A stretch of 63,529 nucleotides of DNA, filler included, from Octopus bimaculoides (GCF_001194135.2; 6 parts of 5 records of this genome joined end to end with filler, not necessarily neighbours in it), one strand, 5' to 3'. Shown: positions 23,640 to 37,957, numbered from the whole stretch's first letter. Numbers and translations are program-made. The notes: generated by a model not told the origin, from the sequence alone.

Positions 23640-24065
23640 TACTCTTTCACTCTTTTACTTGTTTCAGTCATTTGACTGTGGCCATGCTGGAGCACTGCCT
23701 TTAGTCGAGCAAATCGACCCCAGGACTTATTCTTTGGAAGCCTAGTACTTATTCTATCGGTCTCTTTTGCCGCACCGCTAAGTTACAGGGACGTAAACAC
23801 ACCACCATCGGTTGTCAAGCGATGTTGGGGGGACAAACAGAGACACACATACATATATATATACATATATATGACAGGCAGGCTTCTTTCAGTTTCCGTC
23901 TACCAAATCCACTCACAAGGCTTTGGTCGGCCCGGGGCTATAGTAGAAGACACTTGCCCAAGGTGTCANNNNNNNNNNCTATAGTAGAAGACACTTGCCC
24001 AAGGTGTCACGCAGTGGGACTGAACCCGGAACCATGTGGTTGGTAAGCAAGCTACTTACCACACA
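23640..24065 (-). mobile_element. tRNA-derived SINE family A
   Basis: Same body as 43861-44259, with an assembly duplication around a 10-N gap. Confidence 0.9.
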
Positions 24066-24780
24066 ATACATATATTCATCCACAGGTACAGGCTATCAGA
24101 CAGATGCTAATCAGAAGATTGTTTTATCAAAGACACCTATAAAATCCACAAGTATCCATGGACTTTTTACAATTTCAAAGAAAAATAAGAGCTAGTCCTT
24201 ATATTACAATAATTTACAATTGTTCCATTGAAATTTAGTTTCATGAATATCAGAATTATCCTGTATCTCTTGTTTCGGTCATTAGACTGTGGTCATGCTG
24301 AAGCAACACTGTGCCAAACATTGAATGAACATAAAGCCTCGGTAGAAAACCCTCTGCATTCACTGGACCTCACAGAACTATACTTAAACATTAAACTTTA
24401 TGGTACAAAACTAACAACAGTCAAAAAAAAAAAAAAGAGTGCAACCATTGGACACAAGTACATACAAACACTGAAAGAAATGTGATTGGATTTGGTAGAC
24501 GGAAACTGAAAGAAGCCCGTCGTATATATGTTTATATATATATATGCATGTGTGTGTGTGTATGTATGTATATATATATATATATATNNNNNNNNNNNNN
24601 NNNNNNNNNNNNNNNNNNNNNNNNNNNNNNNNNNNNNNNNNNNNNNNNNNNNNNNNNNNNNNNNNNNNNNNNNNNNNNNNNNNNNNNNNNNNNNNNNNNN
24701 NNNNNNNNNNNNNNNNNNNNNNNNNNNNNNNNNNNNNNNNNNNNNNNNNNNNNNNNNNNNNNNNNNNNNNNNNNNNNNNT

Positions 24781-24885
24781 TCAGACTGGAGCCTGGTGTT
24801 GCCATCCGGTTTCACCAGTCCTCAGTCAAATCGTCCAACCCATGCTAGCATGGAAAGCGGACGTTAAACGATGATGATGATGATA
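24781..24885 (+). mobile_element. LINE/SINE 3' tail repeat (family C, probably RTE 3' UTR)
   Basis: CCAACCCATGCTAGCATGGAAAGCGGACGTTAAACGATGATG tail, the reverse complement of the copies at 27940 and 37958. Confidence 0.8.
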
Positions 24886-27800
24886 TATATGCACACACGC
24901 ACACACAAACAAAGTATGCATGAGTCTGAACACATATATACACATGTTTAAGTGTGTGTGTATGTGTGTGTGTGTGCATATGTATGTGTGTTGGGAGGGC
25001 TATATATATATATACAATTATTTTTATCTATTGCTATTTTTATCTAACAAAATATTAATATCAAAGGGGGTGGGGATAAAGACGATGAGAAAGGAAAGGT
25101 GCCGTCGAGATAATAAAAGGAATGGTTGAAAAGTGCCCCCACCATGTGACATGAGAGATGGTGGTCGTGGTGGTGGTCGTGGTGGTGGTCGTGGTGGTGG
25201 TTACTGCATACGAGAGAGTGTGTGTGTGTGTATGTGTGTGCTCATTAGAGTCAGTGATTGGTGAGTGAACCATCAGATGGAGTGTCGACTATCTCCACAG
25301 CAGATCAATTAAAAAGTGCAGTAATCTAATACGGTGGTCAGGTGATTGTGTGTGTGGGTGTGTGAATGTGTGTGTGTGAGAGACACATGGGTTTTAGTGG
25401 AGAGACGTGCCTCACACAGGCTGGAGAGACAGAGAGAAGGAGGGGTGGTCATACAAGTACAAGTTACACATCTGGTGACTAGCAGTGGATGGTAGTGTTC
25501 GTCGATGATATAGGTGAATGGTAGTGGAGGTGCTCTGCCAGTGGCTACCATTAGCGGCATTGATTGTCATAGATGTTATTTAGCCACAGGATGACCATGA
25601 CTGAGCAAACCTATAATCAAAAATATTCCTATTATGAGAAAGACTAGGTCAAGTCTTTCTCTTGGACATTATGCATTGACTCCTATAAGACAGCAAGCTG
25701 GCAGAATCGTTAGAAGGCTGGACAAAATCCTTAGCAGTATTCTGGGTTCAAGTTCAGCCAAGTCAACTTTGACCTTCCAAGGTCAACAAAATAACCATCT
25801 ACTGAATACTGGGATCAATATCATTGACTTACCCCCTCCCCTAAAATTGCTGGCTCTTTGCCAAAATTGTAAACCATTTTGTGTTGTTTTCTCTACAGCA
25901 AGAAATCTGTTCTTGTTCCTTCTTTGATAATTTAACACTTTGCCTACAATGGAAGTCACCATATTCTTAATATACTATGATTTGTACCTTAGCAGTTTGG
26001 CATAAGAGATCGGTAGAATAAGTACCAGGCTTAAAACATAAGTAGTGAGGTTTTATTTTGTATCACAAAATCCTTCAAGGTTGGGCCCCAGCATGGCTGC
26101 AATCCAGTGATTGAAACAAGTACAAGATATAAAAGAAATGATAAGACTAAGATGATTGGTGTTACGAGATGAGAGTGCAAATGCTGGTTTGCACCAAAGA
26201 TCTAAATAAACTAGGGCATTTTCCTGTTGCTCTAAGTAGTGCACTGTTGAGTTACCTTGTCTGATGAGGGCATAAAAATCGGGGTTGCCAGTTAAGTTTT
26301 GTTGTAATGCTGAAATTAAAATAGATTGTTGTGAAAAGGAAACTGCTAAACAAAAATAATAAAAAAAAAACAATGATAATGTCCTCCATTGCACCATTTA
26401 TGAATGTTTCCAGTTCAATCCGAAATCCAGGCAGTGAATACACAGTTGTAAAAGAACTCATTCTTTCCACCATATATCCAGCTGTAAAACCTTGAGCAAG
26501 TGTCGTCTGTTATAGCTCCAATCCAACCAATGCTTTGTGAGTGAATTTGGTAGATGGAAACTGTATAGTAGTTTGTCATATGAGTGTGTGTGTGTGTTCA
26601 TCACACACTATTTGACAACCAATGTCTGTTTGTTTATGTCCCCATAACTTAGTGGTTTGGCAAAAGAGACTGATAGAATAAGTACCAGACTTTCAAAAAT
26701 ATAAATACTAAGGTCGATATGTTTGATGCCTGCCCCAGCATGGCCACAGACCAATAGCTGAAACAAGTAAAAGATAAATGAACACACATTCCAAGGGCAA
26801 GTAAGCTAAGCTCTTGGCCATTCAACCATCCTTCCTTTTAGATTCAAAAGGAAATTTCTGCAGACAAGATAAAACAGTGAGAGATGGTAAGAGATTTCTG
26901 ATTTGTTGTCAGAGTGAAAGGAAGGAAGGAAGACTAAAAAAAAAAGAAAANNNNNNNNNNNNNNNNNNNNNNNNNNNNNNNNNNNNNNNNNNNNNNNNNN
27001 NNNNNNNNNNNNNNNNNNNNNNNNNNNNNNNNNNNNNNNNNNNNNNNNNNNNNNNNNNNNNNNNNNNNNNNNNNNNNNNNNNNNNNNNNNNNNNNNNNNN
27101 NNNNNNNNNNNNNNNNNNNNNNNNNNNNNNNNNNNNNNNNNNNNNNNNNNNNNNNNNNNNNNNNNNNNNNNNNNNNNNNNNNNNNNNNNNNNNNNNNNNN
27201 NNNNNNNNNNNNNNNNNNNNNNNNNNNNNNNNNNNNNNNNNNNNNNNNNNNNNNNNNNNNNNNNNNNNNNNNNNNNNNNNNNNNNNNNNNNNNNNNNNNN
27301 NNNNNNNNNNNNNNNNNNNNNNNNNNNNNNNNNNNNNNNNNNNNNNNNNNNNNNNNNNNNNNNNNNNNNNNNNNNNNNNNNNNNNNNNNNNNNNNNNNNN
27401 NNNNNNNNNNNNNNNNNNNNNNNNNNNNNNNNNNNNNNNNNNNNNNNNNNNNNNNNNNNNNNNNNNNNNNNNNNNNNNNNNNNNNNNNNNNNNNNNNNNN
27501 NNNNNNNNNNNNNNNNNNNNNNNNNNNNNNNNNNNNNNNNNNNNNNNNNNNNNNNNNNNNNNNNNNNNNNNNNNNNNNNNNNNNNNNNNNNNNNNNNNNN
27601 NNNNNNNNNNNNNNNNNNNNNNNNNNNNNNNNNNNNNNNNNNNNNNNNNNNNNNNNNNNNNNNNNNNNNNNNNNNNNNNNNNNNNNNNNNNNNNNNNNNN
27701 NNNNNNNNNNNNNNNNNNNNNNNNNNNNNNNNNNNNNNNNNNNNNNNNNNNNNNNNNNNNNNNNNNNNNNNNNNNNNNNNNNNNNNNNNNNNNNNNNNNN

Positions 27801-27939
27801 NNNNNNNNNNNNNNNNNNNNNNNNNNNNNNNNNNNNNNNNNNNNNNNNNNNNNNNNNNNNNNNNNNNNNNNNNNNNNNNNNNNNNNNNNNNNNNNNNNNN
27901 NNNNNNNNNNNNNNNNNNNNNNNNNNNNNNNNNNNNNNT

Positions 27940-28163
27940 CATCATCATCGTCGTTTAACGTCCGCTTTCCATGCTAGCATGGGTTGGACGATTTGACTGA
28001 GGACTGGTGAAACCGGATGGCTACACCAGGCTCCAATCTGATTTGGCAGAATTTCTACAGCTGGATGCCCTTCCTAACGCCAACCACTCCGAGAGTGTAG
28101 TGGGTGCTTTTACGTGCCACCGGCACGAAGGCCAGTCAGGTGGTACTGGCAACGGCCACGCTC

Positions 28164-28165
<2 letters not shown>
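27940..28165 (-). mobile_element. Family C 3' tail repeat
   Basis: Near-identical to 37958-38225. Other decayed copies lie near 30665, 36800, 40330 and 46400. Confidence 0.8.
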
Positions 28166-28218
<53 letters not shown>

Positions 28219-28432
28219 CTTTCAAATTCTGGCACAAGGCCAGCAATTTCGGAGGAGTGGGTAAGCCAAGTAAATCAAGCCCAGTGTTCAACCGATACTT
28301 TCTGATACCCAGGAGAAGAATGAAACGCAAAGTTGAACTCAACAGAATTTGAACTCAAAACACAAGACAGACAAAATGTCACTAAGCATTTTGCCCAGCA
28401 TTGCTAATGACCCTGCCAATTCGCCACCTTGC

Positions 28433-28465
<33 letters not shown>

Positions 28466-28471
28466 CCTTAA

Positions 28472-28693
28472 CCCTTTTGATACCAACCCAGCTGAAACCA
28501 CCTCTGACTCTGTAGTACAAATGTCTTATTTTCATAAGTTTTGAATTAAAATCTTCCACCAAACCTTAGTCACAATTTATGCTCCTAACATTAGCTTAAT
28601 GATAACTGAGTTACTTTACTAAATTCTTTGTTATATTTAAAATTAATTGAAAGAAACACAGAGCATCTCAAAATAAATGCAGTAATGAAAGGG
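28472..28693. mobile_element. piggyBac-like MITE (family 2)
   Basis: TTAA-CCCTTT...AAAGGG-TTAA: TTAA TSD and CCC/GGG termini. Confidence 0.8.
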
Positions 28694-30241
28694 TTAATGC
28701 AATACCAGACACTGTCTTCCATGGCTTCAGAGACTACAGCAAATATATTGCTCAATACCACAGATTTGCTTGTCAGTTGTTTGACCTTACCCAGTTGAGC
28801 ATGCCCTTTGGTGGTTAACAGTATGTGCATCTCTGATCACAAGCAGAAGTAGTGGGGGAGCATCATAGCCATATGCTGAGAGGAATTCTTTGGGGTTTGA
28901 ATAATTCGCCTCAGGAAACATATGGTTGGGAAGCAAACTTCTTCAACCATACAGCCATACCTGCACCTGCACTCACAAGGGTGTGATCAGCCTAGGGCTA
29001 TAATAGAAGACACTCACCCATGGTGCTACACAGTGGAACTGAACTCAAGACCACATGGTTAGGAGGCAAGCTTCTTTAACCACACAGCTCACGTTGCTGC
29101 TACACAATAATTACAGACGTTAATTAGTGTTGCACTTTCCAAACGGAGCAGAGTGGTCAATCAATGGCCAAACCAATGGGGGGAAACATCGACAGCACAC
29201 ATTCATTTCGCTGGAACTAATGTTTAAATATATTGCAGAAACGAGGAAGATTGAAATAATTTATGAACATTCTATATATAGACTCAGTCTCTGTGTGTAA
29301 GATCGCATACAACCGACTGCTGACTGAATGAATATGTAATAAGTCCATCAGAATCAACAATGCTTATTCTATCTATTCCTATTGCTTCTAAGTTTTAACT
29401 ATAACAGGTCGTACAGGCAGCAATCAATAGGAAAACAGGGGGAAAGAAAAAAAGAAACTTATTTTATATATATATGTGNNNNNNNNNNNNNNNNNNNNNN
29501 NNNNNNNNNNNNNNNNNNNNNNNNNNNNNNNNNNNNNNNNNNNNNNNNNNNNNNNNNNNNNNNNNNNNNNNNNNNNNNNNNNNNNNNNNNNNNNNNNNNN
29601 NNNNNNNNNNNNNNNNNNNNNNNNNNNNNNNNNNNNNNNNNNNNNNNNNNNNNNNNNNNNNNNNNNNNNNNNNNNNNNNNNNNNNNNNNNNNNNNNNNNN
29701 NNNNNNNNNNNNNNNNNNNNNNNNNNNNNNNNNNNNNNNNNNNNNNNNNNNNNNNNNNNNNNNNNNNNNNNNNNNNNNNNNNNNNNNNNNNNNNNNNNNN
29801 NNNNNNNNNNNNNNNNNNNNNNNNNNNNNNNNNNNNNNNNNNNNNNNNNNNNNNNNNNNNNNNNNNNNNNNNNNNNNNNNNNNNNNNNNNNNNNNNNNNN
29901 NNNNNNNNNNNNNNNNNNNNNNNNNNNNNNNNNNNNNNNNNNNNNNNNNNNNNNNNNNNNNNNNNNNNNNNNNNNNNNNNNNNNNNNNNNNNNNNNNNNN
30001 NNNNNNNNNNNNNNNNNNNNNNNNNNNNNNNNNNNNNNNNNNNNNNNNNNNNNNNNNNNNNNNNNNNNNNNNNNNNNNNNNNNNNNNNNNNNNNNNNNNN
30101 NNNNNNNNNNNNNNNNNNNNNNNNNNNNNNNNNNNNNNNNNNNNNNNNNNNNNNNNNNNNNNNNNNNNNNNNNNNNNNNNNNNNNNNNNNNNNNNNNNNN
30201 NNNNNNNNNNNNNNNNNNNNNNNNNNNNNNNNNNNNNNNNN

Positions 30242-30276
<35 letters not shown>

Positions 30277-33051
30277 TTGCCATGCTGCTACTAGCATTCA
30301 ACATTGTTTATTATCAATGACCTCTCTCTTTCTCTCATTGAAAGATGGTACCAGACAAAGAGCCAAAAGGTCATTGATTAAGCATCATTACATCACTGAC
30401 ATTATGTTGTGTCTATAGCTTGAACACTTAACTATCAATAACCTTCCAAGTCCACCTCGCTCAACTGTTCTTGGCTGTAAGCAATGGCAACAGCAGTTCG
30501 TCAGCCTGAAGTGTTAAAATCAATTCCTCTCGTGAGGAAATTTACTGGCATTAGTCCAGTGTTCTATCCAGGAGAACATTTTATATCTCATCTACTTGTT
30601 TAGGGCTACTATTTATCTCAAGACACATTGGATCTACAGCAAGAAATCTCTAAGGCGCAGACTGGATCATCATCATCATCATTATCATTTAATGTCCATT
30701 TTCCATGCTGGCATGGGTTGGATGGTTTGACAGGATCCTCTGAGCTACAGAGTTGTGCTGAGCTCCAGTGTCAGCTTTGGCATGGTTACATATGGCTGGA
30801 TGCCATTCCTAATGGCAACCACTTTACAGAGGGTACAGGCTGCTTTTTTTTTTCATGCCATTGACACTAATGAGACCATCAAGAATCTTACAAGACAGAA
30901 AAAAGAACAGAAAAGACCCCACCACCACCACCACCACTGACTAAGAGGTGGTGGAAGTGGAGATTGAACATGGGGAGGGACCTTTATGCCAGGTGCTGAG
31001 AGGCTAAAATATGATAGCAGTACAAGAACAATTGTCTTGTTACAGTGGAGATACAAGGCTGCCCTACATTATATAAGGATGTGAGTAGCTAGGAGAAAAA
31101 TAGAGATTTTAGTGATGGGGTGCCAGAGCAAACTCTCAAGGTACAAGAAGGTGAACATGAGAGGATACAGACAGTGGAACAGGGGGGAAGGTAAGTATGG
31201 GTGGCATCATAAGAGAGAGAGGGGAGATTCAGAAAACGATTATAATAATAATATTTTTTATTATAAATGTTCTTGACATTTTTTTACTTTACACATAAAA
31301 TATTCTTTACATTCTACTGTTGTTTTATTGCCATTTATTGATGAGTATTATAAATTTTATAGGTAAAATATCTTTCTGGCAATGAATTACGATTTATAAC
31401 ATTGCTACTATGGGAAATTATTGCTCTGCTTTATGAGTTTTCGCTCTACGAGTGGTTTCCAGTAACAAATTGACTCGTTTATCGAAGGATTACTGTAATC
31501 TGTTAATCTATCAAACAATACTGGCTGGACATGTTTACACAGTAAACAGGAATAAAAAAAAAAGAAAAACATCAAAACAAGTGTTTTTAGTTTACAAAGA
31601 TGACATTACATGTCAAGACACGTCAAGAAGCCTCAACATGCTTTCATGCTTTCATAGTGGACTGTAAGCAAATGACACTGGTAGTGAAGCCATTTTCACC
31701 ACCAACAAATTAGTGCAGCAAGCTGGTAGAATCATTAGCAAACCAGACAAAATGCTTAGCAGCATTTCTTCTGGTTTTATGTTCTGAGTTCAAATTCCAC
31801 CAAGGTCAACTTTGCCATTCATCCTTTCAGGGTTAATAAATTGACTACCGGTCAAGCACTGGGGTCAGTGCAATCAGCTTGCCCCTTTCCCCAAAACCCA
31901 AAATTTCAAGCCTTGTAATGTACATCAGATCGAGGATGGGAAGGATGACTTCCCTTTGCAAATACCGACAGGGCACAGAAAGTGTGTCAATAGCCAGCTG
32001 GAGGAGATGTTCTCCTGGGGCTAAAAGCAACAGTAACATTCGCCCTTAGGGTTTAGCCGCATTTAAGTGGCAAATATACTTCACGTTGTCGTACAGTTAC
32101 TGTTTATACCTCGTTCAGAGATTTAACATAATCATTATCATTATTATTAAAACAGTGAGCTGGCAGAATCGTTAGCATGCTGGGTGAAATGCTTAACGGC
32201 ATTTTGTCTGTGTTCAAATTCTGATGGGGTCAAATTTACCTTTCATCCTTTTGGGATCAATATAATAAGTACCAGTTGAGCACCGGGGTCAATGTAATCG
32301 ACTATCCCCTGCCCCAAAATTTCAGGCCTTGTACCTATAGTAGAAAGGATTATTATTATTATTATCATTATCATTATTATTATTTTAAATGTTAGTGTTT
32401 CAAGTACACCCAGAAAGTTCAGGACACATCTCAGATTTCTCCTGATTTCTAGAAGTAAGCACTCCACCCTCTGAAATACAATATTTCCTGAAATTCTAAC
32501 ACAANNNNNNNNNNNNNNNNNNNNNNNNNNNNNNNNNNNNNNNNNNNNNNNNNNNNNNNNNNNNNNNNNNNNNNNNNNNNNNNNNNNNNNNNNNNNNNNN
32601 NNNNNNNNNNNNNNNNNNNNNNNNNNNNNNNNNNNNNNNNNNNNNNNNNNNNNNNNNNNNNNNNNNNNNNNNNNNNNNNNNNNNNNNNNNNNNNNNNNNN
32701 NNNNNNNNNNNNNNNNNNNNNNNNNNNNNNNNNNNNNNNNNNNNNNNNNNNNNNNNNNNNNNNNNNNNNNNNNNNNNNNNNNNNNNNNNNNNNNNNNNNN
32801 NNNNNNNNNNNNNNNNNNNNNNNNNNNNNNNNNNNNNNNNNNNNNNNNNNNNNNNNNNNNNNNNNNNNNNNNNNNNNNNNNNNNNNNNNNNNNNNNNNNN
32901 NNNNNNNNNNNNNNNNNNNNNNNNNNNNNNNNNNNNNNNNNNNNNNNNNNNNNNNNNNNNNNNNNNNNNNNNNNNNNNNNNNNNNNNNNNNNNNNNNNNN
33001 NNNNNNNNNNNNNNNNNNNNNNNNNNNNNNNNNNNNNNNNNNNNNNNNNNN

Positions 33052-33359
33052 GCGTTGTGAATGTTTATTGAGCGAAAACACCTAAAGCTCCACAAGGCTC
33101 CGGCAGGGGATGGTGGTGAACCCTGCTGTACTCTTCCACCACAACTCTCTCTCACTCTTACTTCCTGTTTCTGTTGTGCCTGTAATTCAAAGGGTCAGCC
33201 TTGTCACACTGTGTCACGCTGAATATCCCCGACAACTATGTCAAGGGTACACGTGTCTGTGGAGTGCTCAGCCACTTGCACGTTAATTTCACGAGCAGGC
33301 TGTTCCGATGATCGGATCAACTGGAACCCTCAACGTCGTAAGCGACGGAGTGCCAACAC
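33052..33359 (+). mobile_element. SINE family D (5' end in gap)
   Basis: High identity to 20168-20563. A minus-strand 5' fragment also lies at ~40935-41052. Confidence 0.88.
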
Positions 33360-34288
33360 ACACATTTGGACAAAGAGGCTGTCTGAATTACACAAATTTG
33401 AGAGAATGTAAGAATTTCATAGCATACCACCCATGGTTGGTCTTTATATAATTAAGACATCACTAAAGTTCCTAACTCAACACTCCCTAAATTACAGTTT
33501 AGAAACCATATCAAGAGACAGACAGACAGACAAAGAAGAAACAATACACGAGAGATTGTGGATAAAATGCTTTAGTGAGTGGGTCATTGATGGTCAGATG
33601 GATGACCGTTTGGGGGGAAGGAAGTAACACAAGGACTATTGTTGATGTTGTTGCTGTCAACACCGGTAGTATGTTAACAGCACTGTGGCTAACATTCAAG
33701 TATTCAAGTGCATTGATGACTGACTAAGGATGATGTATTTTCTGGCTCTAAAGAGAAAATCTATTATTTGGGATACAGTTTCAACAATGTTGTTATATAC
33801 ATCAGGGTCGCTATTACAAGAGATGATCAAAGATCATAAGTGGTTGGATGAGTAATTTAAAAAATTTTGGTGAAATTTTGCTCTTTGTTCTAATGGTTTT
33901 GTTAGAGGAAGAGCAGTGACTAGGATAATTTATCAAGTGCTCTGAGTCAGATGGGAAGAAATTATTTTCAAACTAGACAGATGGTCTGAAAGTTGGCCAC
34001 AGAGTTGACTCTTCCAGGTGGGGGTGTTCAACTAAAAACTGGATTCAGTCTTCCACCCTGAAATAGGAATGGTTCCCCCAGCTCCCATGTAGTAAATTTC
34101 ACTTATAAGGCTTTGGTTACCTCAAGACTATCATAGAAGTCATTTATTCAAAGTTCTGTACAATGGGAGTGAAGCTGAAACTGTATGCCTTACTTTCTAG
34201 CATATAAGTCAAATTTTTCGGACCAAAATTTACAGAAAAAAGAGATCAACTCACACATCAAGATGTGTGTGTGAGATCATCGTTTTAA

Positions 34289-34721
34289 CCCTTTAGCATT
34301 TAAATCATCCATATCTGGCCCAAAATATTCGACCTGTTTCATGTTCAAACTGACTAGATCCAGCCTTTCACACGTACCCTACAATGTCGTTCTAGAAATA
34401 AACACTTACATCATTGAAATCTTGAAGCTATGAGATAACACATGATTAATTCAAAACAATGTGAATAAATAACTGTTATATTTGACAAAGTAATCTGAAT
34501 ACTAAAGGGTTTTAAACTGGCCATATCCTGCCCAAATATTCTACCTGTATTATGTCCAGACTGGGCAGGTCTGGCCTCTCACACCTGTTCTACAATGTCA
34601 CTCAAAAAATAGACAAATTGCATCATCGAAATCTCAAAGCTATGGGATAATGTCTGATTAATTCAAAACAATGTGAATAAATAAACATTACATTTGACAG
34701 GATAATCTAAATGCTAAAAGG
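34289..34721. mobile_element. Tandem dimer of piggyBac-like MITE family 1
   Basis: TTAA-CCCTTTAG...CTAAAGGG (34289-34509) is followed directly by a second copy lacking the outer left TIR and ending CTAAAAGG-TTAA. Confidence 0.8.
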
Positions 34722-36117
34722 TTAATGTCTACTTTTCCATGCTTGCATGGGTTAGACTGGATTCGTTGAGGCAGATTTTCAACTCCATCCCAGATAAACC
34801 CTGATCAAGCAGATCTATGACCAAGGTCATTCCAGCTATGACCATCCCATCTTTTTAGACATATATTATTGCACATTATTATCCTATATGTCCATTCTCT
34901 TTCCGAAGATGCTAAGGGACGTGTGATTTTTAAGGAGATTTAGCTGTTATTTTTAGCAGGTCAGGTGACTGCATAGAGGCTCCCCTCTTATTAGCTAATG
35001 GTTGTTATGGTGATGGTGTTGATGGCAATGGTTGGTGTGTTGCTCTCCTGAAATAACTGTAGAAAATGTTGGTTGTGTAACAGGCAGTCATGTGATAAGA
35101 GTCATGTGACTGGTCAGGCAACTGCACTGGAAGCCGCCCCGCATCTCCTGCAACACACACCAACCTATCCACCCACACAATATCACACACACACAGAGAA
35201 ACAGAAGATAACTGACATTTACAATAAGTCAATAAATGATACAAGACAGAGAGAGAGAGAGAGAGAGATCGGAGAGACAGAGAGAGAGATTGGAGAGAGA
35301 GAGAAAGAGATTGGAGAGAGAGAGAGAGATTGGAGAGAGAGAGAGAGCTTGCTATACTTAGCTCTGGTCTGGATGTGATACCATCAATAGGCTACCATAC
35401 CACTTTTATGAACTAGAAGATCAATATACATACATACATATACCCAAGTGATAAAACCTGTATACACACATACACACACACACACCTGAGGCGTTTATGT
35501 GTGTTTGTACACAAGCATAGATGAACGCAAAGATATTACATACATTCAAGCAAACACACTACATATAAATACACACTACATATAAATACATACTAGATAC
35601 ACAGACACACACATTACACACACACATGCATGCGTGCATATTACATGCACATAGATACACACATTACATACACAAACACACAGACAAATACATACGTATT
35701 ACATACATATAGGCACACAAAAATACATATTGTATACACATAAACACGTAAACACGTAACACACATAAACATATACACATATTACATACAGAAAGACACA
35801 CAAAACATACACACACACACACAGCCATGTATGTATAAATCCAAAATCCGAGTGGTAAAGCAAAAATATTTGCGGTAAAGTTGTATGACTCTGTGACATG
35901 GACATTCAATTAACAAACTACTTTTAAGATTGGCTAAAGATAATTAAGAAGCTATTATAAATACAGACTTGGTTGTGTGGTAAGAGGTTTGCTTCCCAGC
36001 TACATGGCTCCAGGTTTAGCACCAGTGTGTGGTACCTTGGGCAAGTGTCCCCTACTATGGCCCTGTGCCAACCAGAGTTTTCTGAGTGGATTTAGTGGAC
36101 AGAAATTGAAAAGAGGT

Positions 36118-36572
36118 GAGCGAGCTGTCAGAAACGTTAGCACGCCAGGCGAAATGCCTAGTGGTATTTCGTCTGCTGTTACGTTCTGAGTTCAAATTTC
36201 GCCGAGGTCGACTTTGTCTTTCATCCTTTCGGGGTCGATAAATTAAGTACCAGTTGCGTGCTTGGGGTCGATGTAATCAACTTAACCCTTTAGCGTTCAG
36301 ATTAATTTGTCAAAAGTAACCCTTATTTATTCACATTTAAAAAAATTTATCTGATATTATTTTGTAGTTTCAAGATAGGAAAGATGTAATTGCTTGTTTT
36401 TAGAATGACATTGCAGGGTAGGTGTGAGAGGCTAGTTCTGGCCAGTTTGAGCATAAAATGTGTAGAATATCTGGGCTGGATTCAGCCGGTTTAAACACTA
36501 AAGGGTTAATCCCTTTGTCTGTTCTTGTTTGTCCCCTCTATGTTTAGCCCCTTGTGGGCAATAAAGAAATAA
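36118..36572 (+). mobile_element. SINE family B interrupted by a MITE
   Basis: Matches the uninterrupted copy at 58015-58252. Further copies lie near 15440, 25700, 28200, 31715, 32150, 49660, 49910 and 53525. Confidence 0.85.
36286..36505. mobile_element. piggyBac-like MITE family 1 (220 bp)
   Basis: TTAA TSD at 36282-36285 and 36506-36509, with TIR CCCTTTAG/CTAAAGGG. Reverse-complement homolog of the 34289 copy. Confidence 0.9.
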
Positions 36573-36602
36573 GAAACTGAAAAGAGCCAATCACACGTGT
36601 GC

Positions 36603-36641
<39 letters not shown>

Positions 36642-37363
36642 CGTGTGTGTGTGTGTGTATTTTGGGTCCCCTTGTCTAAACATCATGTGATAGGTGTAAA
36701 TGAGTGTCGCTGTCATTCAAGTAGTGTCACTTGTTTTTAATATACACTCCAAGGACATATCTGGCCATGAGGAAACACTGCATTGCTTGGAAACATAAGG
36801 GTTGGTGACTGGAAAGGCATCCGGCCATCGTAATTCTACCCTAAATAAACTCCGTCCAACCCATGCAAGCATGGAAAAGTGTACATTAAATGATGAAAGA
36901 AATCACACACACACACACACACATACACATACACACACACACAATGACTCTTCAGTGCCTCATGAATGTAAACTAAGCATAAATACACCCACACAACAGC
37001 AACAATGATGCTATACTCTAAAACTTGAGGACCGTTTAAAGAGACAGCATTCTATCTCTGGTTTCACAGTCTTGAGCAAATGAGAGAGCAATCTCTCTTG
37101 GATGCATAACATTACATTCACACACACATACACAAACTCTATCTCATATCTCATACCTGAATATGATAACTGTGTCTATCTTTGTGTGTCTTTTTGCATA
37201 TGTGAATGCACAAATACTGTGTATAATATACGGCGTTGGCCTGATTGTTTTATAATCTCCTCAATCAAACCTATTAACTGCCTGACATTGATAATGTCCC
37301 AAGTGTACTAAACCCCTCCTTCCCGCTCTTTCTCTCTCTCTCTCTGTATGTATCAGTATGTGC

Positions 37364-37406
<43 letters not shown>

Positions 37407-37957
37407 TGTATGTATCCGCACACACACAAAGTTAAAGTAAATCTCAACAACATATTCTGCACATGGAGCACTAAAGATCTGAAGTAGAATAAAACATACA
37501 ATGAGATAATCAAAGAGAAAATATTCCTTAATAAAACAGTAAGGTTCATAATAATCTTATTTGTTCATCCCCTGAAGTAATGGGGGGGGGGGGGATTCTG
37601 TACGTGTTTTTACATCATTGAGCATCTTCAGCAACACTGTAAGATTTAAGCCTTGTCATAAACTGGCTGGTAATGTAGTGAACAAACAAACTAGTTGTGT
37701 AAGCAGAGTGAGGGTGCATGGCCTACTGTTTCAGGTGTTGCACTCATGATCACAAGACCATGGTTTTGATCCCCCCAGAGCAGGCAGTGAGTCATGTTCT
37801 TGAGCAAAGCACTTCACTCCACTCAGCTCTAAAAGAGTAATCCTGCATCAGACTGGAATCCCGCTGAAGGAGAGTGTTGCAGCCTTGATTACTTATAAAC
37901 CCAGAAACTAGGTAACTAACTCTGTGAGTCCTAGAACTTAAGACAGTAATTTCATCA

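Noticed and set aside
23939-24010. 31-bp direct duplication around a 10-N gap
   Set aside because: Typical unmerged contig overlap; other SINE A copies have it once.
26250-26345. Candidate minus-strand exon ending CAAG|gtaac
   Set aside because: No frame resembles PICALM or another known protein; unsupported without RNA data.
26806-30418. Long ORFs in the supplied track made mostly of X (also 2952, 21097, 32449, 38273, 44034, 46669, 48993, 55200)
   Set aside because: They are open only because N gaps contain no stops.
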